Positions 26,197-38,900 of a DNA stretch of 64,000 nucleotides are shown here, piece by piece; the stretch's first letter is position 1, and each line of letters begins with the position of its first letter. Position numbers and translations under genes: made by a program. The notes under the pieces were generated by a model. That model was not told the DNA's origin. It saw only the letters and a program-made list of their open reading frames with translations, and made no database searches. The DNA comes from Camelus dromedarius. Taxonomy: Eukaryota. The stretch covers positions 35,280,001-35,344,000 of the forward strand of contig NC_087437.1 of assembly GCF_036321535.1 (NCBI RefSeq), in the 5' to 3' direction.

Positions 26197-28464
26197 CTGG
26201 GGCGGGGGGGACCAAGGGGAATTGATCAGTAGGCAAGAATATGCAATGTTATAGCCATTTTGAAAAGTCCAAGTTTGGTAAGGAGTTCTTTTTATGACAT
26301 TTTCTTGGGGCTGAAATCTTAACACTTCATTGTTCTTGATTTGCTGAGGACCTCAGTACTCTATTTCTACATCTCTCTCTTTTTTCTCCCCCAAAGATTT
26401 AGCACAAACTCTTCTAACTTCCCAGATGGAAATTTTTGTTTGTTTTGTGGGATGGGGAGGGTCCCTATAGGTAACTTATATGATAGAGCTGTCAAAAGTA
26501 CAAGGAATCAGCTATGTACACCGGGAAAAGTGCTGTGTTTCTATTTGGTCTCAGTAGAAGATTGTAAGAGAAATTCTGGGTGCCACTAGCACCCACCCTT
26601 CTGTACGGCAAAGTTCTCTTGGTTGCCTTCTTTCTCTGTTTTATCTCTTCTCCTTAGTTTGTGGGCATAGGAACATGTAGTAATAATGAAGTCAATTGAC
26701 AATGAAGGTTTTATCACTGGAAGAGGAGGTGTCTTCATTCTTTACTTGGCCACAGAGAGTGACTCTATGACAAGTCATCCATCTTGCAAATGCAGGCAGT
26801 TCTTCACTGGTGGAAAGTGAGAATACAAAGCATCAGCACAAGTCAGTCACCTCTAAAGGGGAAAGTAACCAAAGGACTAGGTTAGGTGGATCAGGACGAC
26901 ACAACACTAAGGGGGAAACTTTCTGATCATACTTGTTCATTCCTTTTGTGTTTTCTTATCCTTTTATTCTTGACCTTTCCTAGCCTGACATGTTCTCTGT
27001 TTCCTCTGGAAAAAAGGAAAGATTTGCATTTATATTTATTCCTGTCAATTGAAAAATAAATGAAAAAACAATTGGACATCTTTAAGATCCATTGGTGAAG
27101 ATTTTTCCTTAATATCAAAAGAACTAATCTTGACCCACTTACTCAGAATATATATTGTGTTATTGACTTATTTAGTTTGCCATCAACTTTCTTTCTCCTG
27201 GTGGTTATAAATTAGAAGCAGTGATGTGGATGCCATTCTAAATAGTCTGATCTTTATTCCCATTGGTGACTCTTGGGAGGTGACTATGATTTGGCAGTTA
27301 TAAAATCCAATATTTCTTCTATCCCAAAGGAAAAGCCATTGGTGAGTGATCACCTCAGCTGAAGACAGGAGAGTCTTGATAAAATATTTCACTAGTACTT
27401 TTTAAAACTGCTGTAAAAATTTGACTGTCAGATTTTTACTGACAAAAATGGAAAAACACTGATGTAGGAGACAGGGTAACTGGGCACTGTTCCTACTTAG
27501 CTAGCTGAGTGACCTTGAGTAGTCATTCAAACTTTCTCCTTTCCATTTATGAGATGAGGCTAAGAATATCTGCTCTTCCAGTTTTTTATAACTTTTCTTT
27601 TTTAAAAAAAAGGATCATAAGAAAAAATTATTTGAAAGCAATTTGAAAAGTAACTATTAAATATACTGTTTGTGTAAAATAGCATAATATTATTGAGAGG
27701 AAAACAGTGAATTTACTTTCACTGTTTCCAATGCTAAATAGGTTTAAGTGGCAGATTTATATTGCACATAAGAGGTTTATTTTGGGAAATATTCATTTCT
27801 TTGATAATGCTAGGAAAAGACTGAATGAGATATACTCCTGGACTGAATGTGTTTGCATGGGGAGAAAGATTAATTAACCAAGGAGTCTTTCTACTTCAAG
27901 AATCAATGATAATCCTTCTTTTTTAAAGTTTTTTTTTTTTTTGGTGTGAAAATATATAGGTCAAGATTTCTTTATATTCTTTCTTTTAAAAATGTTACTT
28001 ATAAAACCTATTAAAATAACAAAGCTGAGACAAAAATTGTCCATTGAAAACTAGTCAACATTTTTAACATCTGTTATTTTGTAATCACTGATTATATCTA
28101 CTTAAAAGTTTTACATACTGCAGTAATAATATAGCTAGAACTTTGTAGTCTATTTTTACTTAATATTACATCAGAAGTTTTTTCCATTTTATTAATCTTT
28201 TATTATTATTAAACATTTTTCCTCTTCTCTTTCTTAAGGTAACCATTGTGCCAAGCCTGGTATATATCACTATATTTCTTCTCCATCAAGAACCTCTCTG
28301 AAGTCAGCAGATACAGATTTATCTCATGCTTTTTAAATAGGCTTATGATATTCTATAATCAGGAATTTATTCTGTTATTTCTCTACAGTCGGCATTCAGT
28401 GTTTCTCAAGGTTTTTTTTTTTCCCCACTACAACAATACTCCAATAAATATCCCTGTATTCATT

Positions 28465-29045
28465 AATTTAGTAGATATTTACTGAGCATCTGCTGTATGT
28501 CAGACACTATTCCAGCTCTTAGGAAATACCTGAGGACAAAACAAAATCCCAGCCCTCATGGAGTATATTTTACAGCCAAGGAGACAGCCATTAAACAATA
28601 AACACAATAAAAATTGGATTATACAATGTGTTAGAAAGTGATAAGTACTAAGGAAAAAAGAAAAAGTGGAACAGGGAAAGGGATTTGGGAGTTTTGGGGG
28701 TGAGTTGCAATTATAATTTGAGTGGTTAGGACAGGTCTCATTGATTAGAAGGAATTTGACCAAAATTTTGAAGATGAAGGAATTATGGGGGAGGAGAATT
28801 CCAGGCAGAGGGTATATCCAGTGCAAAAGATCCAAGGTGGGAGTGTGTCTGCGGGTGGCCAGGAGGCCTGTGTGGCTGGAGCGAAACACATGGTAAATAT
28901 GGCCAAAGGAGTAATAGGAGACCTGGTTTGCATAGGGCCTATAGGTCGTTGTAGAGTCTTTAGCTGTTTTGAGTGAAACAAGGAGCCATTTCTGGGTTTT
29001 GAACAGAAGAATGACATCTTCCTTTTCATTTAACACTGTTTTTGA
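28465..29045 (-). mobile_element. LINE-2 3' fragment
   Basis: atatttactgagcatctgctgtatgtcagacac...ccagccctcatggag...ggaggcctgtgtggctggagc. Confidence 0.8.
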
Positions 29046-29474
29046 AGAATTAGTCATATAGAGTTTTTTTCACTTTAATTACTGTAGAATGTTTTGTCAT
29101 GTGCTGTTTCACATTTGATTCATCCATCATCCTATTAATGGATATTTAGGTTATTTATAATTTTTGGCCACTATGAATCTTGCTGCAATAGAAATAATGG
29201 TACATATCTCCTTGTACACATGTATCAGAATTCCCCTGTGACATATTCTCAGAAGTGCAAATGCAAGGGCATGTTGTCTCTACATTAAGGATCATTTCTC
29301 TCAACAAAATTTTATTCCCCTATCCCTTTCCTAAGAGATTCAGAGTTTTATTTTTTGCATTCCTAGACTCTAGTTCCTTCAGAATTTATTTTTGATTTTG
29401 GTGCATGGTAGGAACCCCACTTTAATTTCTCTTTTGTGGAGGAGATTATTACCCCAGTGTCATTTCTGAATAGC

Positions 29475-29476
<2 letters not shown>

Positions 29477-29508
<32 letters not shown>
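29477..29508. repeat. (TG)n microsatellite
   Basis: Visible directly in the sequence. Confidence 0.95.
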
Positions 29509-29512
<4 letters not shown>

Positions 29513-29514
29513 AA

Positions 29515-30190
29515 TGTGGTAGACAGGATAGTGACCTCCCAAAGATACTCAAGTCCTAATCCCTGGAACCTGTGAATATGTTATCTTACCAGCAAAAGGG
29601 ACTGTGAGGACATGATCAAATTAAGGATTTTTTTAAATTGAAGTACAGTCAGTTACAATATGTCAATTTCCAGTGTACCGCACAATGTCCCAGTCATACA
29701 TATACAGACATATATTTGCTTTCATATTCTTTTTCACTAAAGATTATTACAAGATATCAAATATAGTTGCCTGTGTTATACAGAAGAAATTTGTTTTTTA
29801 TCTATTTTTATATATAGTAGTTAATATAAATTAAGGATGTGGGAGATTATCATGGGTTACCCACGTAGGCCCACTGTAATCGTAAGTGTCCTCATAAGAG
29901 AGAGGCAGGAGGATCAGAGGCAGAAAAAATGTGATGACAGAAGCAGAGTTCAGATTGATGGCAGGAACAGGCCATGACCTGAGGTAGGGAGGTGGCCTCC
30001 AGAAACTAGAAAAGGCAAGGAAATAGTCTCTAGAAGCTGGAAAGGGAGCCTCCAGAAGGAATTCAGACCTGCTGACACTTTGATTTTAGACTTCTGACCT
30101 CCAGAGTTGTAATTGTGTTGCTGTAATAAATTTGTGTTCTAAGCCACTAAATTTTTGATAATTTGTAACAGCAATAGAAAATGAATACCA
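29515..30190 (+). mobile_element. MaLR solo LTR (MLT1C/D-like) split by an L1 fragment
   Basis: tgtggtag...aatccctggaacctgtgaatatgtta...cttctgacctccagag...aagccactaaattt...cagcaatagaaaatgaatac. Confidence 0.8.
29629..29827 (-). mobile_element. Short L1 3'UTR insertion with 11-bp TSD
   Basis: L1 3'UTR sequence flanked by AAATTAAGGAT at 29618-29628 and 29828-29838. Confidence 0.9.
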
Positions 30191-30984
30191 TATATATGTA
30201 GTATATTTAAGTATATATATGTGTATATAGTAATACCATACACACTCATTTACTTGCTGTTACTTTTATTTCTATAGAGGTGAGATTTCTGGAACAAAGG
30301 AAGTATATATTTATAATTTTGATTAATATTTCCAAATCACTTTCCAAAACTGATAGAGCAATTCACACTTCCACTGACATGTATTACATTGGCACTATAT
30401 ATTATTATTTTCTTATCTTTTCTGGTCTTACAGCTGAAAAATAGTGTTTCAACTTCATTTTAATTTGCATTTCTTGATGACTAGTGAAATTGAATATCTT
30501 TTCACATATTGATGGGTCATTTGAACTTCCTCTATGTGACTATTCATAACTTTTGCCCATTTTTAAAAAACGAAATTATCTTTTTGTTATAAATTGGCAA
30601 GAACTCTGTACTTTGAAGTTGACCCTTAACCTATTCTATGGTTTTTGGTTGTTTTTATTCTGTTTATTTCTCCTCTTTTAATGCTCATTTTGATGGGATT
30701 TTTTTCACCTAGAACATTATTTTAATTCTTATATAGTCAGAAATGCCTATCTTTTCCTTTGATTTCTTGGTTTCCTCTCATTTTTATTTTGACATAGAAA
30801 AGAGACTCATTTACCTTAAGGATCATTCTTAGTTAAAAAAAAATGATGACAACATTGCTATTAGAGAAGTCTTGTGTTAATACGAAGAGGAAAGCTTCTG
30901 TCATTACTTTCAGTCTCTCTGAAAGCCCTGTTCAGATTCTGTAGTTGTGAAAGACCATGTCTGGTGTTGAGTTTAAAATGACTG

Positions 30985-31660
30985 TTCTGGAAAACGGTAT
31001 AGAGATTCCTTAAAAAACTAAAAATAGAGCTACTATATGATCCAGCAATCCTATCCCTAGGCATATATCCAGAAAAGACAAATTCTAATTCAAAAATATC
31101 TGTGTACCCCAATGTTCATAGCAGCACTACTTACAAGAGAAAAGACATGGAAACAAACCAAATGCCCATCAACAAACGACTGGTTTAAGTAGATATGGTA
31201 TATATATACAATGTGTTATATTACTCAGCCATATGAAAGAATAAAATAATGCCATTTTCAGCAACATGGATGGATCTAGAGATTATCATACCAAGTGAAG
31301 TGAGTCAGAGAAAGACAAATATCATATCACTTATACATGGAATCTAAAAAATAATGCAAATGAATCTATATATAAAATAGAAACAGACTCCTAGACTTAG
31401 AAAAACAACTTATGGTTACCAAAGGGGAAAGAGGGGGAAGGGATAAATTAGGAGTTTGGGGTTAGCATGTATAAACTACTATATATAAAATAGGTAAACA
31501 AGAAGGTCCTACTGTATAGCACAGGGAACTATATTCAGGAAACTTGTAATAACCTATAATGAAAAAGAATATATATATATATATGTATAAATGAATTACT
31601 TTGCTGTACACCAGAAACTAACACAACATTGCAAATTAGCTATACCTCAATTAAAAAAAA
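30985..31660 (+). mobile_element. LINE-1 3' end (ORF2 C-terminus plus 3'UTR)
   Basis: tatgatccagcaatcc...gcaacatggatggatctagag...cacagggaactatattc...caattaaaaaaaa. Confidence 0.95.
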
Positions 31661-32069
31661 GTTGTTCTCATCAGTATCTGAGATCAATGTTAAAATGCTC
31701 TGGGAAACTTAGACTATTGCTGTTTTTCTTTGTGTACAAGTGGAATAGTCTATTGTTACTGGCTTTATTGGTCAAACTAGTCAGATGCTAGTCAGATTAT
31801 CTGGAAGTCGCAACATAATTTGAATGATTCAGTCTAACAACTATGTATATATATATAATTATAATTTTTTTTTGCTAGAGTAACTTGGATTCTTTGCTTT
31901 GACACAACTAAACAAATCAGTTAAGGCAGTAAATTAGCCTGCTTTGAGTATAATACCGTTTTATTGTATCTACTGGGATACTTGGCTATGAAATATGGAA
32001 GAATCTGAATAACTCTTAGGACTCTGTTTTGAGAACAGTGCTTCTGCATATAAGAAAGCAATAAATAAT

Positions 32070-32335
32070 AACAATTTAAATAATGAGTGATACCCATCGA
32101 TCACTTATCATGAACCAGTTACTGCTGGAAGCGCTTTGCATAAAACTATCCATTAAATCCTGCAACAGCTTTGCACAGTAGATACTATTATAATCCTTAT
32201 TTTACAAATGAGAATCCTGGAGCACAAAGAGGTTAGGTAACTTCCCCCAAATCACACAGCTCCATAGTGGTAGAGCCAGGATTTATAGGTGGGAAGTCTG
32301 ACTCAAGACTTTGTGCTCTTAACCACTACACTACA
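32070..32335 (-). mobile_element. MIR SINE, near full length
   Basis: ccttattttacaaatgagaa...gaggttaggtaacttcccccaaatcacacagct...gtgctcttaaccactacact. Confidence 0.8.
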
Positions 32336-32911
32336 CTTTGTTCATTTATTTTCCTGTCTCCTTGACAACTCTGCTGGATCTGTTTCAATTTCTTTACCAT
32401 TAGGAAAGAGAAAGTTTTGGGTCAGCATTTTTCAGGCAGTTTCTCTATTCAGCCATAGGAAAGTAATTTGAAGTTCTTTCTGTGGTAATAGATGTGAGAA
32501 TTGGGCTGGGTTTTGCCTTGCATAAGCTACGTGTGTAATTAAGGAATCTTTCAGACATAGGGGTTTTACAAAGAAGTAGAAGTCAGATTGCCACTGCCAG
32601 TACTTTGATGAAAAGGTAATTAACTCCATTATGACTAATTTTGCTGCTTTTATTTGGCTAAAGAAATGAGAGATAGTAAAATCATTTTTAACTGATTTTG
32701 TTTCTGGTTGAGAGCTAACAGTGATAATGATTTTAGTCATTATTAGAGCACATTTTAATATTCCAGATTTAAAGATACAACTCTATGATTTGTATTTCTA
32801 ATACACAATTCTCGATAAGTCGGTTAGAACTATTTAAAATAATACAGTGATATGTCTATAAGTGCTATTAATAACTTATTCTCTTCGGTCCTTGATTCTC
32901 CAGATCTCATT

Positions 32912-33010
32912 CTTTTTTTCTTCCTTCCTTCCTCCCTCCCTCCCTCCCTTTCTTTCTTTCTTTCTTTCCTTCCTCCCTTCCTCCCTTCCTCCCTCCCTCC
33001 CTTCCTTCTT
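32912..33010. repeat. (CCTT)/(CTTT)/(CCCT) polypyrimidine simple repeat
   Basis: Visible directly in the sequence. Confidence 0.9.
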
Positions 33011-33129
33011 GTTTTAGTGTGTGGTTGGATCAGGCAACATGCCTTGGGGGCTCTTTCCATCCTGACAGAGCAAAGGGACAGATGACTTATCATATGCATT
33101 TGCTTGGAAGCCACTGTGGGTCAGTTTTA

Positions 33130-33520
33130 GTTCTTTTTTTTTGTAACCATTTTATTGAGTGAGGTGTGAGGAGCTGTCCCTATTTAATGTGTGCAACTCT
33201 GTGAGTTTGGGGATAAGTATATGCCCTTGAAACCATCACTGCCTTCAAGGCCATAAACATAATCATCACCTCCTAAAGTTTCCTCCTGCCTTCTTTACTC
33301 TTATTATTTGTGGTAAGAACACTTAACATGAGATCTACCCTCTTAGCAAATTGTAAGTAAACCATAGAGTATTGTTAGCCATGGGCACTATGCTGCACAA
33401 GCCAGATTTATCTTGTATGACCGAAACTTTGTCCCATCTAACCTACCCACACCCCCTCCCCGCTGCCCCCGGCATCAACCATTCCACTCTCTTCTTCTAT
33501 GAGTTTGACTATTTTAGATT
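33130..33520 (-). mobile_element. Old L1M 3' end
   Basis: gtggtaagaacacttaacatgagatctaccctcttagcaaa...ctatgagtttgactattttagat. Confidence 0.75.
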
Positions 33521-35759
33521 TTTGTGTCTGTTGTAGGCCAATTCTAATTCTTTCTCCTTCTCCTCTGCATAGGATATTTTTCTTAATTATATATCTTATA
33601 TTCTTATTTTTCTCTTTTAGTTAAAAGCTTTTTTTATTTTAAAATAATCTCAAACTTAGAGAAAAACTGAGGAATCAATGAACTTATTTTCCTTTAATCT
33701 TTTTCAGAGTAAGTTGCTGACATGATGCTTCAGCTCCTAAGGGGGTTTCTAGTGGAGAGGTGGGGGCTGACAGGGTGGCAGTGGTAAAACCTGTAGCCTT
33801 GGACAGCCTCTATTTACCAAACAATATGGAACAAATTTAATACTGTAACAATCAGTATGGCCCGTCCAGTGCTTACTGGATGGACAGGCCTCCAGCTGCT
33901 AAGGCAGGCACCATCATGAATTTGGCAGGGTTTGGGAAAAGAAGGAAATAGATGAACCCACCCACCCAGGTATATTCAGGGTAAAACCAACAAACTTAAT
34001 GTTAGGATGGAAGTGTTTGAGATACCAACTTATGTGTTTTCTGTTGTTCCTTATTCCTTGCTATCTGAGCAAGAGTTATCCATCACCTTTGTTAAGCATG
34101 TTATAGCAGAAACAGAAAAATTAATTCAGAGAAATTTTCCTGAATTAGAGAGATTGGGAGAATAGGAGGGGAAGTGAAATAATATTAGATTTAGGTGGGT
34201 TCCTGAGAGATAGGCCCTGGGCCCTCTGACATCCCTCCTCACTTCCTGGCTAGGACCCAGGACAGGAATTCAGAGAGGATGGGAACCTGAGAGGAGCAGG
34301 GTCTTGTGCCTGCTTACTCAGAGGGACCCTTAGTTTTCCCTCATAACTCCGTGATAGTGGAACAGTAGGGTGATCCCCCTGTTCCTAAACGATGCCTAGG
34401 AGAGGTGAACGGCCTCAGACAGCCTCACTGAATCGCTTGTAACAACAGAACCGTGTATGTTCATGCCCCAGGAGGAATTATCAGGAACCATGCATTCAGG
34501 AATAAGGGACAACTCAACAATGACCATCTGTAACAGGTGACAGGAATCACGGTGTCTTAGCAGATGCAACACATAGAGATGCTGACCCAGACGCAGCAGC
34601 TATCCCACTGCCTTGTGGCAGGGAATAGAAACAGCCTGATAATTAAATGCCGTCCCAGGGGAAATGGCGGTAATCCTTGAACTGCCCTCTTCCTTCTCCT
34701 CAGGGAGTGAGGGATTGAACAGAAGTTGAGTCCAGTTGTAGAAAAATGAAAGTTCCATTTCTTGCATGCCGGGAGTGGGGGATGGCCATTCTTCCCCTCT
34801 AAACTGGGTACTAATTAGTATAGATACCCCAGGATTTCATACTTTTCTTTCAAAGATGGCCCAAAGTAAGCAGCCCAATGTGAGAGAGAGACAATTGTGA
34901 CTCAGCGGTGTGACAGCTCAGAGGCACTCAATGCAGGCAGGAACTTTTGAACTCCACTCTTTTGCAAATGACAGTGACTTGGGGGAATATAATTATCCAG
35001 GACAGTTCTACCCACATAGAGCATCTGTTTCGCAGGCAGCTCCTGCTGCTTGAACACACTTTGGCAGCAGGCTTCGCAGAGGCACAAAGGAGTCAAGTGG
35101 CTTGACCGGGCCACACAGAGAGGCGGCTGCTCCGTCCACCTTGGGATCTGGGACTATGATGGCATTCAATTATCTGCTGTCAACACTGGGTCTTCCTGCC
35201 TTACGAATGCAGCTGCAGTCTCTTACTGAAAAATTCGCCTCCTTTCACATCGAAGGCGTAATTAAGAACACAGCTGCAAATTGGCTCTTCTCAACAATTT
35301 TCCCTGCTGTCCCATAAAATGTGAAAAATACGGGCCAGTACATTGATTAGACAGACTCTTAGGGCTGAATTCTGTGTAATCTATTCACTTCTGGCACTTT
35401 GAAATAAGTTTTTTTGCTCTTCCACCGGAATTTAAAGGAAGGAACAGAAAATAACAGTAGCCTGGGTGTTTCTTGGTTGGACACTTCCTGGACACAGAGT
35501 GAGAGGGTGTAATCAGCTCACATCCTCATATGAGTATGTAACACACACACACACACACACTTCTTGATGATGATGCAGAGTGTATGTTTCTTGGCAAATA
35601 TTGATCTATTTATCACCTCTCTGAATTTTTTGAGTGAAGAATCTTTGAAGCAGCTAGTCATTTATTTTGGCTCTGCCCATCTCTGTGAGATGAAGGAAAG
35701 GACATCTCGGTGGGTGTACCACACTTCATAGGGGTCTAAGTTTTCTATTTTAGTGGCGT

Positions 35760-35990
35760 CGTATAGAAGAGTGGACTCACTGTGTGCCTTGGAATCAGGT
35801 TCAGTGTCCAGACCCACCACTTGACCTCTGAGGCACTGAGCACTCAGTTTCACCCCCAGGAGTCTCACTTTCTCCACTGGTGAAGTTGCAGTGATCACTC
35901 TTGTCTCAGAGAATTGTGGTGACTATTAAACGCAGTTGCAAACTTATGCTTTCCAGAATATTGCTTGGCCTGTACAATGTGCTTAATAAA
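35760..35990 (+). mobile_element. MIR SINE
   Basis: ttggaatcagg...tctcactttctccactggtgaag...gcttggcctgtacaatgtgcttaataaa. Confidence 0.5.
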
Positions 35991-38900
35991 TCATGTGATT
36001 ATCTAGATCTTCACTGCGATTTAGAAACTAGAAACAAGCCTGTTAAAGGGAAAAAGGGTACTCTAGCTTTATTTTCATTGAATCATCGTGACATTTATAC
36101 AATATAATTTGGATTAGAATGAGGCCAATAAACTCAAGGAAACTATGGAGAATATTGTTTTGATGTAAGTGCTCTGACCAACCTGTATTTAGGGGAAAAA
36201 CCCTAACAATGAAACCCCTTGTAACCTAATTCTAGAAGAAAAAGAGAAATAGTACCACTGCACTGACTTTTAAAGCAAGTCACCTGTGGAGGACAGGGTA
36301 CAGAGAAGTCACCATAAGGATGTCGGCTACATTTTTCTGGATCTTTTTTATTCACTTCACTCTGGTTCTTTCCCAAATAATGAGTTCAAGAGCGTCTTGG
36401 CAGTTTCACAGCAAGCTCCCCATTCAAGATTCCCACTTGGATTCTGTCAGCTACAGACAAGGCACAGCTGTCTTCTGTGCAAATTCACCCTGATAAACGG
36501 CTGGGTCCCCACAGAACACATGGCCCCAGATTGTGGGATGAAACAATCATAACTGAAGGGGTGCTTGGTCTTCACATGGTCCCTGAAAGGAGAGGGAAAA
36601 TGGCGAGTGCATAACAGTAACTTGCAATGGAGGGAATTTAACACTATTCTCCTGGGCTGCTGCCTGACTTTCGCTCCTGGGGAAAGTCTGGCAGGAGGAA
36701 AAGCCAAGGTTGGTGGTTTGCACAGACTCAGTGAATGCACCTGAATCCTCCCGCAGATGTAAAGGCAGATTCTAAATCCGTGGAGGACATCTCAGATCAG
36801 AATGTAATGCATCCCATTAAGTGTTTTTGCAGCGTTTCTCTACCCTTTCTACCACCCGCTCTGGTCCTGCCCACCACATTTAATCATAAAGAAACGAGCT
36901 GGAGAACCAAAAGGACATGCATCTAAGTAACATTCTTTGTAGAATAAAACAGATGTGTAAATCTCTTTGCTGGTACTTAGTCTAATGAAGAAGATTAAAT
37001 TCATCATAAGTATTCACCTGTATATGGAAGACGAGAGCTTTTAAGATACGAACAAGCACAGATGCCCTGTGGTTAGAAAAGGCAGCTGGATTTGCTGTGT
37101 CAGGGGAAGCGCTACTCCACAATTTATAAGTCCCCTCGAGTGCCTTTTAGAGCCACTGCACTTGTATCAGAGACAGGACGCATGGACGGCGGGGGTGGCG
37201 TTGTTTAACCTTTGTTCTTCTCATCCCTCGGGAGAGCAGACAACACCTCTATTTTCAGTGTTTCTTCTGAATGATTTCCCGCCTGGTGGATTGACAGGTA
37301 CTCTGATTATCTGCCTAAGGAAAATGAAGGGATAAACAGCTGAGAGATGAAGACTGACTTGAAAGGACCACATCAAGGAGTGGCTGTGACACTTGGATAG
37401 AGAAGAGTGTAAAAAGGGGACTTGTGGAAAAATGTCAGATTAATACCTAAATATATTTCGTGGAAAAGCATAGAGTTTTTCCAAACTGGTCTTTACTTGA
37501 ATAGAAATGATTTCAGATTGTCAGGGTCGCGGCGTAGAGATTTATTTGAGGAAGAGACATGCCTTTCTCTTTTTACCATCTAGAACAGGGTTCTGTAATG
37601 GTGATCTTGAGACATCTTGCTCAGTAATTTGGAGTAGACGCTGAGAATCTTTTAGAACCTCCTACGTCAGGTGGATCTGATGCAAGTTAGTAACTGACGT
37701 GGACGGTGTGTTCACCTCTTGGCACTTCTTCCCAAACCCAGCCTCCCTGTTCTGCTTCGGAAATCATGACTGGTTTTCCATAATCTCATTCCTGATGTTA
37801 AAGATGCCCTTCCCACACTGCTCGGTCCATTAGGACCAGAGAGGTCTGGAAATGCCTGCTTTTCTGTGTTTGATTTCCTCCAGCTCTAAATTGTCTCACC
37901 TCACTTCACCGATCTTCTCACCCTTAACCCAACTTTGAACAGTCCTCTGGGCAGATGCCATGCAGCTCAGTATTATTACCTAACAATGGATTTTCTCCCA
38001 GGTGGATTCTCAACTGACTAGGGGTAAACTTAAAGACAGAGAAAATGAGGTTAGAAACGGGAGATCATTTTCTACCCAACTTTCGAGTTTCCACAGATGT
38101 TCTGTAATGATGTAAGACTGACTTGTGTTTTCCTTGAACAGAACAGTTTTTTTAGGAGGCATTTTCTAATGCCATATTAGGGTTTTTGAAAAGAAAAGCA
38201 AATGAGAACTGAAGAAAGAAACGCTATAGCCACGGGAACAAAACAAAACAACCAGCCAAAGCAAGTGATCCTCGGCGATCTAACATCAGTGTTTACCTGT
38301 TCTGTATTAATCTCACAGAGTTCAGTGAGCTGGTGGATTGAAGGAGAGTTTTCTGTCAAAACCAGTTATATAAGCCAGTGATGAAGCCTCTGGAAACATC
38401 CCTGCATTATCTTTTTCTCACTGAATTAGAAAACAGAGCCAGGAGCGAAGGCTATTTTTACGAGCTTTCAGCCGTATGATCTCTGCCCACTGATGTCAGA
38501 CTGAGGCAAGGCAGCAGAATTCCCTCACAGCCTGGACAAAGGGGGTCGTTGGGCCTTTATCTCTTTATCTCTGGCTGTGACTGGCACTGCTTTAACCCCC
38601 AGGCTCACATGACTGCTGAGGCAGGGCATAATTCTTGTCATTAAGAAGGTGCACCATTTTGCATGTATTTGTCTGGGTACACATTCTCCCAGCTCACACC
38701 TTTACCTCTTTTCTTGGAAAACGGAAATACCTCAAGTCCCTGATGACTGAATATGAGAAATGCTCTGGATAGGCTTTGCTTGAAACTCTGCTCTGCAGCT
38801 GTGTGTATATATCCTAGTCCTGCGCACATGTCCTGCCTTCATGGGGCCAGGAAACAGCAGAGCATTTTGTGGCTCTGGAGAAATGATGACTTGCTGGCAG

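Noticed and set aside
28500..29057. 185-aa minus-strand ORF
   Set aside because: Lies entirely in degraded L2 sequence; no recognisable domain.
32830..33114. Charged or hydrophobic low-complexity ORFs
   Set aside because: Translation of a polypyrimidine simple repeat.
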